Of a stretch of DNA of 64,000 nt, positions 43,694 to 54,214 are shown one piece after another. The DNA comes from a virus (Duplodnaviria; Heunggongvirae; Uroviricota; Caudoviricetes). Under the pieces are notes generated by a model. The model searched no databases, had not been told where the DNA came from, and worked only from the letters and a program-made list of their open reading frames with translations. Made by a program: the position numbers and the translations under genes. Location of the stretch: the IMG/VR virus record IMGVR_UViG_3300028840_008157. One strand, given 5' to 3'. Each line of letters begins with the position of its first letter. Position 1 is the stretch's first letter.

Positions 43694-43957
43694 ATGAAGA
43701 AGATGCTTGGATCGAAGACGACGAAATGCCCCGAATGCGGATCAGACTGGGAGTACGATGTCAAGGGCAAGAAGTACTCCCGCCTGATCGGCATTGAGAA
43801 CCCAAACGTCTACGACGGGATATCGTGGTGGCGATGTCCTGACTGCGGGGCGACGTGGAGTCGCTGGAGCGGGGAACTGGAAGACCACAAGGAAAAAAAG
43901 GACTGGGTCGCGATCGCCCGCAAGGCGCGCAACAAGTGGCTTCGGGAGAACCCTTAG
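43694..43957 (+). CDS. zinc-ribbon phage protein
   Basis: CPECG..YSRLIGIE..YDGISWWRCPDCG. Confidence 0.75.
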   Translation: MKKMLGSKTTKCPECGSDWEYDVKGKKYSRLIGIENPNVYDGISWWRCPDCGATWSRWSGELEDHKEKKDWVAIARKARNKWLRENP

Positions 43958-44226
43958 CGCCTCTTTTTCCTGGCCTTGTACTTGCCGATGCGCGGACGCG
44001 CCACCTTGGGATGCTTGCGATAGTGGGCGTCGTTGTAGAGGACGGACTGGACAAGCTGCGACAGGTATCCGCGCGTCCTGCCTCTAGGGACCTTGAAGAG
44101 GTTGTCCCTCTTGCCGCGTTCGGCGATCTCGCTGGGCCCGATGGGTTTCTTGGCCTTCCTGAGGATCCGTGCGGCGGTTCCGAGGATCGTCATGTTCGTC
44201 AGGACGGCGCTGCTCTTCTTTTTCAT
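43954..44226 (-). CDS. winged-helix (HARE-HTH-like) basic protein
   Basis: MTILGTAARILRKAKKPIGPSEIAE; GGAGG SD. Confidence 0.65.
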   Translation of the reverse strand: MKKKSSAVLTNMTILGTAARILRKAKKPIGPSEIAERGKRDNLFKVPRGRTRGYLSQLVQSVLYNDAHYRKHPKVARPRIGKYKARKKRR

Positions 44227-44335
44227 CTCACTTTCCTCCTTTGGGGTATGATACGGCGTCCGGGGTGTTTTCGGGCCGTTCCCGTAACAGGTTGACGACA
44301 CATGATTTTGTGGTATCATTCGTACGGAGGATTGC

Positions 44336-44896
44336 ATGAGGAAAAAGCTAGATCGCATCATCGTCATCGATGTTGAGTCGACCTGCTGGGATGACCGAGA
44401 GGAGGCCAAGAAGAATACCAGCGAGATCATCCAGATCGGCGTGGCCGCCCTGGACGTCAACACGCTGACCGTGCTCCAGAGGAGCGAGTACATGGTCAAG
44501 CCGGTCTTCTCGAAGGTCAGCGAGTTCTGCACGAAGCTGACCGGGATCACGCAGGAGGACGTCGACGAGGGCGTCGAATATCCGGAAGCCATCGCCGCGC
44601 TCGTCGAGGAGTACGAGGTCGAGCGCAGGCCGTGGGCCAGCTACGGGGATTATGACCGCAAGCAGTTCCTCCATAATTGCCGCCTTCGCAGCGTTCCATA
44701 CCCGTTCGGGGACCGGCACATCAACGTCAAGACGCTCGTTGCGTCTGCGATGGGATGGCCCAGGGAGGAGGGCATGGACGTCGCGATGAGTTTCATCGGC
44801 CTGGAGCTCAAGGGGGTTCATCACAGGGCCGGCGACGACGCGGCGAACGTCGCCAGCATCCTCGGGTTCGTCCTCCACGGGGTCAGGGAACCATGA
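44336..44896 (+). CDS. DEDDh 3'-5' exonuclease (ERI-1/KapD-like)
   Basis: VIDVESTCW, EIIQIG, FCTKLTGITQ, YGDYD, HHRAGDDA; TTGACG-16-TATCAT promoter at 44292-44319. Confidence 0.92.
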   Translation: MRKKLDRIIVIDVESTCWDDREEAKKNTSEIIQIGVAALDVNTLTVLQRSEYMVKPVFSKVSEFCTKLTGITQEDVDEGVEYPEAIAALVEEYEVERRPWASYGDYDRKQFLHNCRLRSVPYPFGDRHINVKTLVASAMGWPREEGMDVAMSFIGLELKGVHHRAGDDAANVASILGFVLHGVREP

Positions 44897-45084
44897 GGAA
44901 GGCGATTCGCAAGCGCGTCCCGATATTCCATCCCGTCGGGAGGTTCTTCTCCGCGTTCCCCTACGGGGTCAGGGTAAAGACGTTCACGGCGTTCTTCAGC
45001 GACAGGGAGGTTTTCCGGACGAGGAGGGTGATGTTCGCGGACGTCCAATCGCTGGATGAAAAGGAGAGGCCGACGCCACGATGA
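44893..45084 (+). CDS. hypothetical protein
   Basis: ATGA-coupled on both sides. Confidence 0.5.
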   Translation: MRKAIRKRVPIFHPVGRFFSAFPYGVRVKTFTAFFSDREVFRTRRVMFADVQSLDEKERPTPR

Positions 45085-45701
45085 AAAGCCCATTGGCCAA
45101 ACTATATGACGAGGTGGACAAGTTCGGATTTTCCAAGACCGCGAAGGAGCTTTGCGAAAAAGCCCTTTCGCTGGATGGGTTCGACGAGTATCCCGCCTCC
45201 CTCGACAAGCATCATTCGTTCGTTGGGGGGCTGGCCACGCATACGCTCGAGGCCCTCCGGGTCGCGAAGGCGCTCTGCAAGATAACGCCTGGCGCGTCGA
45301 GGGACGTCGTCGGTACGGCGGTCATATTCCACGACGTCGGAAAGTTGGAATGCTACGATCAAGTCCAGGAAGCCGGACCCGTCCGGGGATCGTTTTTCAG
45401 CGGCATTTACAAGAAGAACGAGCGCTACTTCGAATCCTACCACATCGTCATATCCTGGGAGATATTCAGGACCATGGTTTGCAAGTTCGTCTCGAGGCTA
45501 CCCGATGGTTTCGTCGAGCAGGTCAGTCATTGCATCCTGGCCCATCACAGGCTCAAGGAGAACGGAAGCCCGGTCAAGCCCGTGACCAAGGAGGCGTGGA
45601 TAACCCACGTGTCGGACTCCTCCAGCGTCACGATCATGTCCGACGAGTTCCCGTTGGCGAAGGATTACAAGGCTGGCGAGGTCACGTACCGGATACATTG
45701 A
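45081..45701 (+). CDS. HD-domain hydrolase (YhaM-like)
   Basis: PAS..HHSFVGGLATHT, HDVGK, HCILAHH, SP..P.TKEA. Confidence 0.9.
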   Translation: MKSPLAKLYDEVDKFGFSKTAKELCEKALSLDGFDEYPASLDKHHSFVGGLATHTLEALRVAKALCKITPGASRDVVGTAVIFHDVGKLECYDQVQEAGPVRGSFFSGIYKKNERYFESYHIVISWEIFRTMVCKFVSRLPDGFVEQVSHCILAHHRLKENGSPVKPVTKEAWITHVSDSSSVTIMSDEFPLAKDYKAGEVTYRIH

Positions 45702-45854
45702 CCATGGAATGCGTGGACTCTTACCATCGCTTACAGAGTTGGTATGCCATACGCATTGCCACCTCGAAAACTGTTAAATGGGACGTTCGTGAAAAGATTC
45801 TGTCCAGCATGAACGTTGACTTGAGGTTGATAACGCGCCCGTACGCGTCCCGGT

Positions 45855-46292
45855 TTACCGTTTTTTCTTCTTCCTCTTGGCCCGTACGGACCCCGTCTTC
45901 GCCCTGACGACCTTCTTCTCCACGAAGTCGTCGCCCCTCTCCATGTTGACGATCGCCTTCTCCTCCTTGGCGAACTTCCTCCTCCGGGCCCCGCTCGTGT
46001 TCCTCAGGACGACGCGGAACACGCATCTCTCCCCGAACTCGTACTGCTTCCCGATGGCCTCGTGCCCGTCGTAGCTGACGTTTACCACGAACACGTTCGG
46101 GTCCTTGATCTTTTGAAGGAGGCGCCCCACGGCCTGCGGGGGCGCATCACCGGGGTCGTATACCTCGACGACCTCCCCCATCCCCACCAGGGGCGTGTTG
46201 CATAGTAGCCGGTTGTGCTCGGTGTCGATGGACATCATCCGGAAAATGGGCTGCCTTTTCATATTCGCGTTCCTCGCCATACCTATATTCAA
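45855..46292 (-). CDS. hypothetical protein
   Basis: 145-aa ORF; start uncertain. Confidence 0.6.
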   Translation of the reverse strand: MNIGMARNANMKRQPIFRMMSIDTEHNRLLCNTPLVGMGEVVEVYDPGDAPPQAVGRLLQKIKDPNVFVVNVSYDGHEAIGKQYEFGERCVFRVVLRNTSGARRRKFAKEEKAIVNMERGDDFVEKKVVRAKTGSVRAKRKKKKR

Positions 46293-46382
46293 TATACACG
46301 ACGTGATGGCCTTTTTCGTGCCTCGGACGCACCATATGCCGTATCATTGGCTTCGAAGGACTATTTATTGTATGGAGGCGAG

Positions 46383-47252
46383 ATGCCTTATTCACCGGTT
46401 TGCGTCCTTTTCGGCGTTCATGGGGTCATCGGGCGTTCGATACACAAGAAGCTCTCGGAGCGCCTGCCCGACTACAAGATATTCGGTTTTGACCGGTCCA
46501 GGGTCGACGCCTCCTCCATGGATCAGGTATCATCCGTTATCAATTACGTTAACCCCGACTTGGTCATCAACTGCGTCGGCATGAGCGACCCCGAACGTTG
46601 CGAGAACGACGTCATGGCGGCTTTCAAGGCCAACGCCACGATCCCCGAGGTCATCGCCTCGTGCTGCTCCAACAAGAAATGCAAGTTCGTCCATTTCAGC
46701 TCGTACGCGGTCTTTCCCGGGCGCGATACTTCATATACGGAACGATCTCGACCGCGCCCGACGAGCGCCCTCGGAAGGTCGAAGTGGGACGGGGAAATTG
46801 CCGTCCAGAAGCTCTCCAAGGACCATCTGATCATCAGGCCCGGGTTCCTTCTGTCCCCCGACAAGAGGAATTGCCTGGCCGACTGGATATCGAGGGCGAA
46901 GCGCAACGGGAAGGTCATGGTCAGGGAGATGAAAGTCAGCCCGATCGACTCCGTCGACCTGGCGGAGGCGGTCATGGCCCTGATCGACGGGCACGCCAGC
47001 GGGTTGTTCCACGTTGCGAACCGCGGCGTCGCAGAGGTTCACCAGATCGCCGAGTCGGCCATCTCGATGGCCGGATTGAGGGCCAAGGTGGCGCAGACGC
47101 CCGACATCCTTAACTCGTGGTTCAAGTCGCCGACTCCTCGGACGGTAATCCTTTCCTCCTCGAAGTACGCGAAGACGACCGGCGGCAACATGAAGCCCTG
47201 GAACGATTCGCTTCGCCATTGCCTCTTCAGCATGAACAAGCCTAAGGAATGA
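46383..47252 (+). CDS. dTDP-4-dehydrorhamnose reductase (RmlD)-like SDR, degenerate
   Basis: GVHGVIG, PDLVINC, VHFSSYAVF, P.S.LGRSK.DGE, GLFHVAN; GGAGG SD. Confidence 0.8.
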   Translation: MPYSPVCVLFGVHGVIGRSIHKKLSERLPDYKIFGFDRSRVDASSMDQVSSVINYVNPDLVINCVGMSDPERCENDVMAAFKANATIPEVIASCCSNKKCKFVHFSSYAVFPGRDTSYTERSRPRPTSALGRSKWDGEIAVQKLSKDHLIIRPGFLLSPDKRNCLADWISRAKRNGKVMVREMKVSPIDSVDLAEAVMALIDGHASGLFHVANRGVAEVHQIAESAISMAGLRAKVAQTPDILNSWFKSPTPRTVILSSSKYAKTTGGNMKPWNDSLRHCLFSMNKPKE

Positions 47253-47270
47253 GCGCGCCCGCGACAGAAT

Positions 47271-47519
47271 ATGACGGTGGAGGTGGCCATGACCATCGGA
47301 TCGCCGCGAGTCAATACCGGGTTGCCCATACCGGAGGAGGAGACGGAGCCCGTCGTGGACGAGAAGGACATCCCGACGCAGCGACCCTACCGGTTCAGCG
47401 GTTATCAAACGAACCAGACGCCGGATGGTATATCCCACGTCTACCGACACCAGTACCAGCCGTTGTGCTGGTCGCGCCGGGCGGCCTACGCCTACCGGTC
47501 GAAGCTCTGGAAACCCTGA
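47271..47519 (+). CDS. hypothetical protein
   Basis: ORF upstream of the terminase; start uncertain. Confidence 0.5.
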   Translation: MTVEVAMTIGSPRVNTGLPIPEEETEPVVDEKDIPTQRPYRFSGYQTNQTPDGISHVYRHQYQPLCWSRRAAYAYRSKLWKP

Positions 47520-47569
47520 TCGCAGGTTCGCGCTCCTTTTCCACGGAACTATATTGAAAAGGGGGTATT

Positions 47570-49357
47570 ATGCCCAAAAAGAAGCGCGATCCTCTCATCT
47601 CGATGATCGACGACGTCTTGCAGGAGGGCCGTTCCGGAGGCCGCAAGATCGTCGACATCATAACCTTTTGCAACGACCCCGCTTACCTCAACTTCGGTGG
47701 ACAGAACCCGCCGATCGAGTTGTGGAAGATGCAGCAAATCGTGCTGAAGATGTTCTATCGGGGAACGAGGGGCAACGAGCACATCGAGCTGGACGAGGAG
47801 GAACTCGACGAGCTGCGGCGGATATGCAAGGAGGAGGACCTCGATTACGAGCCGGCCCGAGGCGGTTTCCAGCAGGTCATCGAGAAGTACTACCGCAGGA
47901 GCCCGATCCGGACCTTGCAGCTTGTCATGGGACGTCGCTCGTCGAAGACCTTCATGGTCAGCGTCATCGCGGCGTACGAGGCTTACAAGCTCCTCGAGCT
48001 CGGAAACCCGCAAAAGTTCTACAAGATGCCAGCCAACAAGCCCATCGCGATCGTCAACGTCGCCGTGTCGTCTGACCAGGCTTACGACCCGCTGTTCCTG
48101 GAGATCTTGTCAAGGATCACGAACAGCCCTTACTTCGCCGACAAGATCAGCCCGTCCAGCAAGAAGAGCGAGCTCTACCTCCTCACGGACGCGGACCGCG
48201 AGGAAATCGCGCGGCGCAGGGCCGAGGGGATCAACATCGAGCTCGAAGGCTCGGTCGTCCTGATATCCGGCCATAGCAACTCGAGGTCGATCCGAGGCAA
48301 GGCCACGATCGCGATCCTCTTCGACGAGTTCGCGCACTTCATAAACACGTCCGGTCGATCCTCGGGCGACGAGGTTTACTCGGCGCTCGCTCCTTCGACG
48401 CAGCAGTTCGGCAACGACGGCAAGCTCGTGTTGCTCAGCGACCCTAGGGAAAAGGCCGGGATCTTCTGGGCTCTGTTCGAGATGTCCCAGCAACGCGAGG
48501 AGAAGGAAGGCGGCGCGATAGTCTACCCACACGACAACATCCTCTCGTTGCAACTCCCGACGTGGGTCATGAACCCCGGCGAGAACTTTACGAGGGAGAA
48601 GTTGGAGCGCGAGGAGAGGCCGAAGGACCCGCTCGCTTTCCTGAACTCGTACGCCGCCCGGTTTACCGGCGAGATGGGCATGCAGATGTTCGACCGCGAG
48701 CGTCTCCAGGCTTGCGTGAACACGAACTACAAGGAGCCGATCCTCGGAGACCCGCGATACGCCTATTACGTCCATCTCGACCCGGCTACGACGTCGCACA
48801 ACTACGCGCTCGCCATGGTACACGCCATACACGTGAGGAATGATCGCTCCGAACACAGGACGAGGGTGATCGTCGACCTTATCAAGTCGTGGAAGCCATC
48901 GGGGGAGGGTCCCGTCGACATTACTCGCGTCGAGAAGTACATCATCGAGCTCGCGAAGAAGTTTCGCATCGTCCAGATTTCGTTCGACGCGTTCCAGTCC
49001 GCCCAGACGATCCAGCGACTCAGGGTTCTAGGGTTAAGGGCGATCGAGACGCCGTTCCTCCCTAGGTACACTTCGGAGATATACGGCGAGCTCCGGAACC
49101 TCGTCCACCAGGGAGACATAGTCCTCCCGATGGACGACCAGCTTGTCGGGGAGATGAGGGAACTCCTGTACAAGATCAAGGGCAAGAACCTCATCAAGCC
49201 CATGATCAACCCGAGATCGGAAATGTACGCGTCGGACGACTGCGTCGACGCGCTCGCCGGCGCGGCCTTCCAGGCCATGTACTCGAAGGTCAGGGCGGCC
49301 CTACCAAGGTCGGCCATCGCCTACACGCCGGTCGGCCCGTGGGCCGGCAGGAGGTAA
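47570..49357 (+). CDS. terL: phage terminase large subunit
   Basis: Walker A VMGRRSSKT, Walker B ILFDEFAHF, RNase-H-like YVHLDPA, FDAFQS and DDCVDALAG. Confidence 0.92.
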   Translation: MPKKKRDPLISMIDDVLQEGRSGGRKIVDIITFCNDPAYLNFGGQNPPIELWKMQQIVLKMFYRGTRGNEHIELDEEELDELRRICKEEDLDYEPARGGFQQVIEKYYRRSPIRTLQLVMGRRSSKTFMVSVIAAYEAYKLLELGNPQKFYKMPANKPIAIVNVAVSSDQAYDPLFLEILSRITNSPYFADKISPSSKKSELYLLTDADREEIARRRAEGINIELEGSVVLISGHSNSRSIRGKATIAILFDEFAHFINTSGRSSGDEVYSALAPSTQQFGNDGKLVLLSDPREKAGIFWALFEMSQQREEKEGGAIVYPHDNILSLQLPTWVMNPGENFTREKLEREERPKDPLAFLNSYAARFTGEMGMQMFDRERLQACVNTNYKEPILGDPRYAYYVHLDPATTSHNYALAMVHAIHVRNDRSEHRTRVIVDLIKSWKPSGEGPVDITRVEKYIIELAKKFRIVQISFDAFQSAQTIQRLRVLGLRAIETPFLPRYTSEIYGELRNLVHQGDIVLPMDDQLVGEMRELLYKIKGKNLIKPMINPRSEMYASDDCVDALAGAAFQAMYSKVRAALPRSAIAYTPVGPWAGRR

Positions 49358-49359
49358 CC

Positions 49360-51561
49360 ATGTTCAACTTGGCGCGGCGACGCGGCATCAAGCCAGGGGA
49401 GACCGAGAAGGAGAAGCTCCTCAAGGTCGTCCACAAGGAGAAGCTCAAGAACAGGAAGGCCAGCGTCGAGGACGATGCCGGGAACATCGCCCTGCTATGC
49501 GCCCAGACGGACCAGGATCCCGCCTCCATCATGGATGACGAGTACTGGACGTGGGTCAAGGAACACGACAAGGGATACTACAGGGACGTCGTCAAGAAGG
49601 CCAAGGTCATCGCCAGGCAAATGGAGCACGAGGCGGAAAACCCGTCGCCGAAGGCCAAGTACGTCCCGCCGGCACCCATCCCCAAGCAGAAGCCTGGCGG
49701 GGAGGGCGGCATGCCGGCGATGGCCTCGAGGCCCGTCATGTTCCTCAAGCGCAACGACGGACGCTATCGGCTGATGGGCACCTTGGCTGGAGACCTGCTG
49801 TCAGGCAAGCTTCCGCTCCTCGACGACGAGGGGAACGCCTTCTTCATGAAGGTCAAGGACGACGCCTCCGTGGACCGTTTCGGGCCGTCCGCCATAGAGG
49901 CGCTCAAGATACAGGAATCCCTCCCTGACGCCATGCGCTCGGCGGCCGTTCGATACCTTTCGTCCCTCGATCTCGCCGACGCCAGGCCGCTCGCCAGGTC
50001 GATCGTTACGCGTTACCTGAGGAAGAAGAAACTCGACATGCTCCCGTTATCCGTCGAGCTGAAAGGGGAGAGGTTCGCCTTCCTTTTGAGGCTCGGTCTC
50101 GAGCCGGAACCCGACGAGTGCCAGGCGCTCCGCGAGGAGATGGGAAGGGCGATCACGCCCGTCGTCTCCAGGCTCCGCGACGCGATGCTGATGGACGGCG
50201 TCGAGATCGAGGAGGTTCCGGCCCCGATGCCGTTGTTCACCCCGCAGGGAAAGAAGGCTTCGCAGGGCATGGAATTGCCGTTCGGCGACGCGTCGTCGTC
50301 TCCGTCGTCGCTCTCGGCCGATGACGTGGATGACTCGATCGACGTCCCGTCCCTGGTGATGACCATCTCGTCCCCGGACACGGACGACGAGACCCGCGAG
50401 TCCGCCACGAGAAGGCTCGTGGAGATCATTTGCAGGCTTCCCGCGATATACGAGAGGTACGAGTTATCCGAGGCCGACTTGAAGTCCATCGCCTCCGCTT
50501 GCGGGGCCAGCCCCGCCGTCGAGCGGCTCTCGTCGTTCGTCAGGCTCTTCCGGGCCGACGACGCCGAGCTCATGTCGTCCTACTCGGAATCCGAGGAGGA
50601 CCGCAGCCTCATCGCGTCCCTCGTCGGCAACCAGGGGCGCCGCAACATCATCGACGCCGTCCCGGAGATGTCGCGTCAGGGCGACGCGTTCGTCCCCGAG
50701 TTCCTGGAGGCCATCGACCCCGAGAAGGGGGCGTCGTTCATCGAGTCGCTCGTGATGCCCGGTGACGGCATGTTCGAATGCCCGGAGAAGATCATCTCCA
50801 GGAAGATCATCGAGTCCATCTGGAAGAACCCGCTGGGGACCATCGTCCCGAAGGCGCTGGACTCGTTCCCCATGGCCAGGGACTTCGCCATCCTGACTAT
50901 CTTCGTGGAGGACGGCGTTGGCGAGGCCATCAAGGCGATGGAGAAGATTCCGGGTTTTCAGGACGACAAGTCTTGGCACGGGACGCTCCTCGCGTCGGCG
51001 TGCGCCAAGACCGGCGACGAGAAGGCCATGAAGCTAGCCTACTTTATCACGGGGGCGACGCCATCCGACGTCATGGAGTTCGCGGGACGCAGGGCCGCCG
51101 CTTGGTACATGAGGGCGAACAGGATCGGCCCCGACGGGGATCCGATCCCGGAGGCGTCCGAGATTCTGTCTGCCCCGGAGGACCCGCTCCCGCTCGCCAA
51201 GTCGCTCAACGCCATGGGCGATCACCAGGCCATGCTGATCCTCCTCAGGGCGTGCGCCAGGAGGGCCAGGCGCGGGTTCGCCAAGGACATGTGGTACGCG
51301 GTCTCGTTCATGGCCGACGCTCTTCGGGCGTCCGGGCAAGGGGACGCGGCGGACAAGATACTTTCCACCATCGGGGTCAGGATAGACGACGACTCCGGGA
51401 CCATAAAGCGAGTCCCCAGGACGAGAAAGGTCGCGACGCGTTCCGGCGCCACGCTCGTCGGCAAGGACGGCGTTTACGTCCGAGACGGAGTGGCCTACGC
51501 GTGTGACGCGGAGACGGCCGCCTCCTTGGAGGACTTCGGCGTCGGCGAGGAGAAGATGTAG
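49360..51561 (+). CDS. large helical hypothetical protein
   Basis: GGAGG SD; MFNLARRR start; directly after terL. Confidence 0.8.
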   Translation: MFNLARRRGIKPGETEKEKLLKVVHKEKLKNRKASVEDDAGNIALLCAQTDQDPASIMDDEYWTWVKEHDKGYYRDVVKKAKVIARQMEHEAENPSPKAKYVPPAPIPKQKPGGEGGMPAMASRPVMFLKRNDGRYRLMGTLAGDLLSGKLPLLDDEGNAFFMKVKDDASVDRFGPSAIEALKIQESLPDAMRSAAVRYLSSLDLADARPLARSIVTRYLRKKKLDMLPLSVELKGERFAFLLRLGLEPEPDECQALREEMGRAITPVVSRLRDAMLMDGVEIEEVPAPMPLFTPQGKKASQGMELPFGDASSSPSSLSADDVDDSIDVPSLVMTISSPDTDDETRESATRRLVEIICRLPAIYERYELSEADLKSIASACGASPAVERLSSFVRLFRADDAELMSSYSESEEDRSLIASLVGNQGRRNIIDAVPEMSRQGDAFVPEFLEAIDPEKGASFIESLVMPGDGMFECPEKIISRKIIESIWKNPLGTIVPKALDSFPMARDFAILTIFVEDGVGEAIKAMEKIPGFQDDKSWHGTLLASACAKTGDEKAMKLAYFITGATPSDVMEFAGRRAAAWYMRANRIGPDGDPIPEASEILSAPEDPLPLAKSLNAMGDHQAMLILLRACARRARRGFAKDMWYAVSFMADALRASGQGDAADKILSTIGVRIDDDSGTIKRVPRTRKVATRSGATLVGKDGVYVRDGVAYACDAETAASLEDFGVGEEKM

Positions 51562-51633
51562 AAGGAGAATGGCATAAAGACACCCTGGCCGGAGAGGAAA
51601 CGAGACGCTGAGGGCAGGGAGTAAGGGGGCATC

Positions 51634-52881
51634 ATGTTCTTGTACAAGCACATGGACGGTCGCGTAGGGATCGGACCTGGTTCCTGGTTCGCCATCAAGG
51701 ACGCGCTCGGCAAGGACGAGGCCGGCGACCTGGTGGAGCGCTCCGAGGACAATATCCCGTGGAGATACGAGATCATCAGGATGGACGAGCCCGGCCTGGA
51801 GGCCATGACCTCCGTCAGGCAGTTGCCGTTAATCGTCGAGGGAGAAGAAATGGGAACGTTTCACGAGGTTACCCCGGAGGCTTCGGCCGCCTCCGTCAAG
51901 AGGACGATCATCGCGGCCGACGAGCACGTCGACAGCAGGCTGGAGGAAGACCGCTCCGAGCTTGGCGAGGAGCCGCCGGCCACCACGCTCGAGGACGCCG
52001 TCGCGGATGATCGGAAGGACAACGACGCGCAGGTCCATCAGCCGATCGAGAAGAACCTGCGCGACCAGAAGATGGACAGCCCCAACGCGGGCGCTCAAGG
52101 CATCATGGAGGCGCGCCTGAACCAGGCGAAGACGACTCCTTATCCGCACAGGAACGAGGAGGCTTGGGCTCGGACCGGCGACAAGCGCCAGATCAACGCG
52201 CTCCCCGAGGAACTCGGAAAGTCCAGCGAGGACGAGAAGCGCGAGCGATGGAACGTCGCCAACAAGAGCGGCCCGAAACGCATACTCGACGAGGACGTCG
52301 GGAAGCAGCTCTCGCTCCCCAAGACGACCATCGAGCAGAAGGTCGCGTTCAACCTGAAGGAAAAGCGACTCGCGTCCATCAAGCCTTACGAGCCGTACCT
52401 CGAGTACAGGGCGAGCAAGCGTGGCGGCTGGTCCGACAGGTTTGCCTCCATCCGCGAGATCGACGACGAGCTTCGAGAGATCATGTCCAAGAACGCCGTC
52501 TTGTCTGACGAGCAACGGGAGAAGATCGACGAGCTCAAGGAGAAAAAGGCCGAACTGGCCTGCCCTGGCGCCAAGATTCGCTCCCGTGGCAAGGGCCGTG
52601 GCAAGGGCCGTGGCAAGGGGAAGGGCCCCATAGGGGTTCCACTCGGCGAGAAGGTTCGCGAGCGACGGCACCTCTCTAGGAGCGCCATGGTCGGCGAGAA
52701 GAAGATGGACCATGCCGAGTACCAGAGGAAGCTCAAAGCCAAGTCCGACGAGGAACTCAAGTTCATCATCAAGGACGCGCGGGAAGCCATCGAGGCCAAC
52801 CCCGACAACCCGAACAACGGATACTACCAGGACGAGATAAGCTACGCGGGCATGGAACTCAGGCGCAGGGGAAAGGCTTGA
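51634..52881 (+). CDS. hypothetical protein with RGKG repeats
   Basis: 415 aa; AFNLKEKRLAS motif; 12-bp repeat x3 at about 52584-52620. Confidence 0.8.
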   Translation: MFLYKHMDGRVGIGPGSWFAIKDALGKDEAGDLVERSEDNIPWRYEIIRMDEPGLEAMTSVRQLPLIVEGEEMGTFHEVTPEASAASVKRTIIAADEHVDSRLEEDRSELGEEPPATTLEDAVADDRKDNDAQVHQPIEKNLRDQKMDSPNAGAQGIMEARLNQAKTTPYPHRNEEAWARTGDKRQINALPEELGKSSEDEKRERWNVANKSGPKRILDEDVGKQLSLPKTTIEQKVAFNLKEKRLASIKPYEPYLEYRASKRGGWSDRFASIREIDDELREIMSKNAVLSDEQREKIDELKEKKAELACPGAKIRSRGKGRGKGRGKGKGPIGVPLGEKVRERRHLSRSAMVGEKKMDHAEYQRKLKAKSDEELKFIIKDAREAIEANPDNPNNGYYQDEISYAGMELRRRGKA

Positions 52882-53349
52882 ATGTTCAACCTCCGGCGCA
52901 TACGGGAGGCCGTCCACGGACGAGGCGACCTGTGGGTCGAGGTGGGGCCGTCCACGGCCCCATCCTCGTTCTCGTCACCGACGCCCATGAACTGGTCGCC
53001 GAACTACGGCGGCCGCTGGCGAACCAACATGCCCGGCTCGGGGGATCACCACATCAACGACGACTCGGACAAGCCGAAGAGCACGCGCGGGAAGCCGGAG
53101 GACTTCGACCCGGAGAACAAGAACAACCTGATCAATGACAAGTTGGAGGCCGGCCTGGAGAGGTGCGTCGTGACGTACTTCGCGAGGGACGGCGAGGATC
53201 CCGAGAGACAGGTCGAGCGGCTGGAGAAAGGGGGACTCAAGCCGAGGATCGAGGGGAACCAGATCGTCGTGGAGGTCGAGGGACTGCCCGCGGCGACGAG
53301 AGTGCAAGCGCTCCTTCCAGGAGCGGTGATAACGATCAAGACGAAGTGA
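52882..53349 (+). CDS. hypothetical protein
   Basis: MFNLRRIREA start; abuts the upstream stop. Confidence 0.75.
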   Translation: MFNLRRIREAVHGRGDLWVEVGPSTAPSSFSSPTPMNWSPNYGGRWRTNMPGSGDHHINDDSDKPKSTRGKPEDFDPENKNNLINDKLEAGLERCVVTYFARDGEDPERQVERLEKGGLKPRIEGNQIVVEVEGLPAATRVQALLPGAVITIKTK

Positions 53350-53362
53350 AAGGAGACTTGAG

Positions 53363-54214
53363 ATGATCGTTAAGAGCCTGATCGAGGATGACAGCAAGCT
53401 GACGTTGGATTGCGCGAAGGCGACCTTACACAAGGACAGCAAGGTCGAGATCGAGGACGTGTTCTATTGGAACCCGGAAGTCCAGGGCGCGATGAAGCTC
53501 GGCATGATCGAGGTCGTCGGGAAACCGCCCCCGAAGCCCAAGGATACCGACGACACCCCCGAGGAGAAGAAGATCAAGTACAGGAACGTCCACGACTCGA
53601 AGATATGCTTCGAGTGCATCAAGGACTACGCCGACCCGGGGCAGTTCATACACATCCCCGAGTCCAAGATATCCACCGAGCGCGAGATACAGAACGCGAT
53701 CGCGTGGGGCATGATCGAGCGGGCCGACGGGAAAAATACCCCCCAAGCCCCGAAGGCATCTAGGCAAGCCGTCAAGATCGACGAGTTCGACGCAGACGAT
53801 GCCAAGGACGAACTCGCCGGGCTCGTCAAGGAGCCCCTCCCGGAGGTCGAGTTGTCAGAGGCGGACAAGAAGATAGCCAAGTCGAGGTCCAAGAAGACCA
53901 AGGCCAAGAAGAAGGCGAAGTCCAAGGCCAAGAAGGACGCCAAGAAGTCCGACTTCAAGCCCAAGGCGATATCGTCTTCCGGCGTCGAGGATGGCGGCGA
54001 CGACCTCTATTCGGAGACGAAGGTCGTCGACCCGTCGGCCGAGCCGAAGAAGAAGGACGAGCCGCTCCCCGTCGATGCGGTCGAGGAGGATCCCGTCACT
54101 GGTATGCCCAGGAAATCCAAGAGCTTCGGGTTCATGGACGTCTTCGAGGGCGCGCAGATCGGGAAGAAGAAGGCGACGACCAAGGAATCGTCCGAGGACT
54201 CGGAGGGCTTCTAG
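53363..54214 (+). CDS. hypothetical protein with two similar N-terminal modules and a K-rich region
   Basis: EVQGAMKLGMIE and EIQNAIAWGMIE; AAGGAG SD. Confidence 0.8.
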   Translation: MIVKSLIEDDSKLTLDCAKATLHKDSKVEIEDVFYWNPEVQGAMKLGMIEVVGKPPPKPKDTDDTPEEKKIKYRNVHDSKICFECIKDYADPGQFIHIPESKISTEREIQNAIAWGMIERADGKNTPQAPKASRQAVKIDEFDADDAKDELAGLVKEPLPEVELSEADKKIAKSRSKKTKAKKKAKSKAKKDAKKSDFKPKAISSSGVEDGGDDLYSETKVVDPSAEPKKKDEPLPVDAVEEDPVTGMPRKSKSFGFMDVFEGAQIGKKKATTKESSEDSEGF

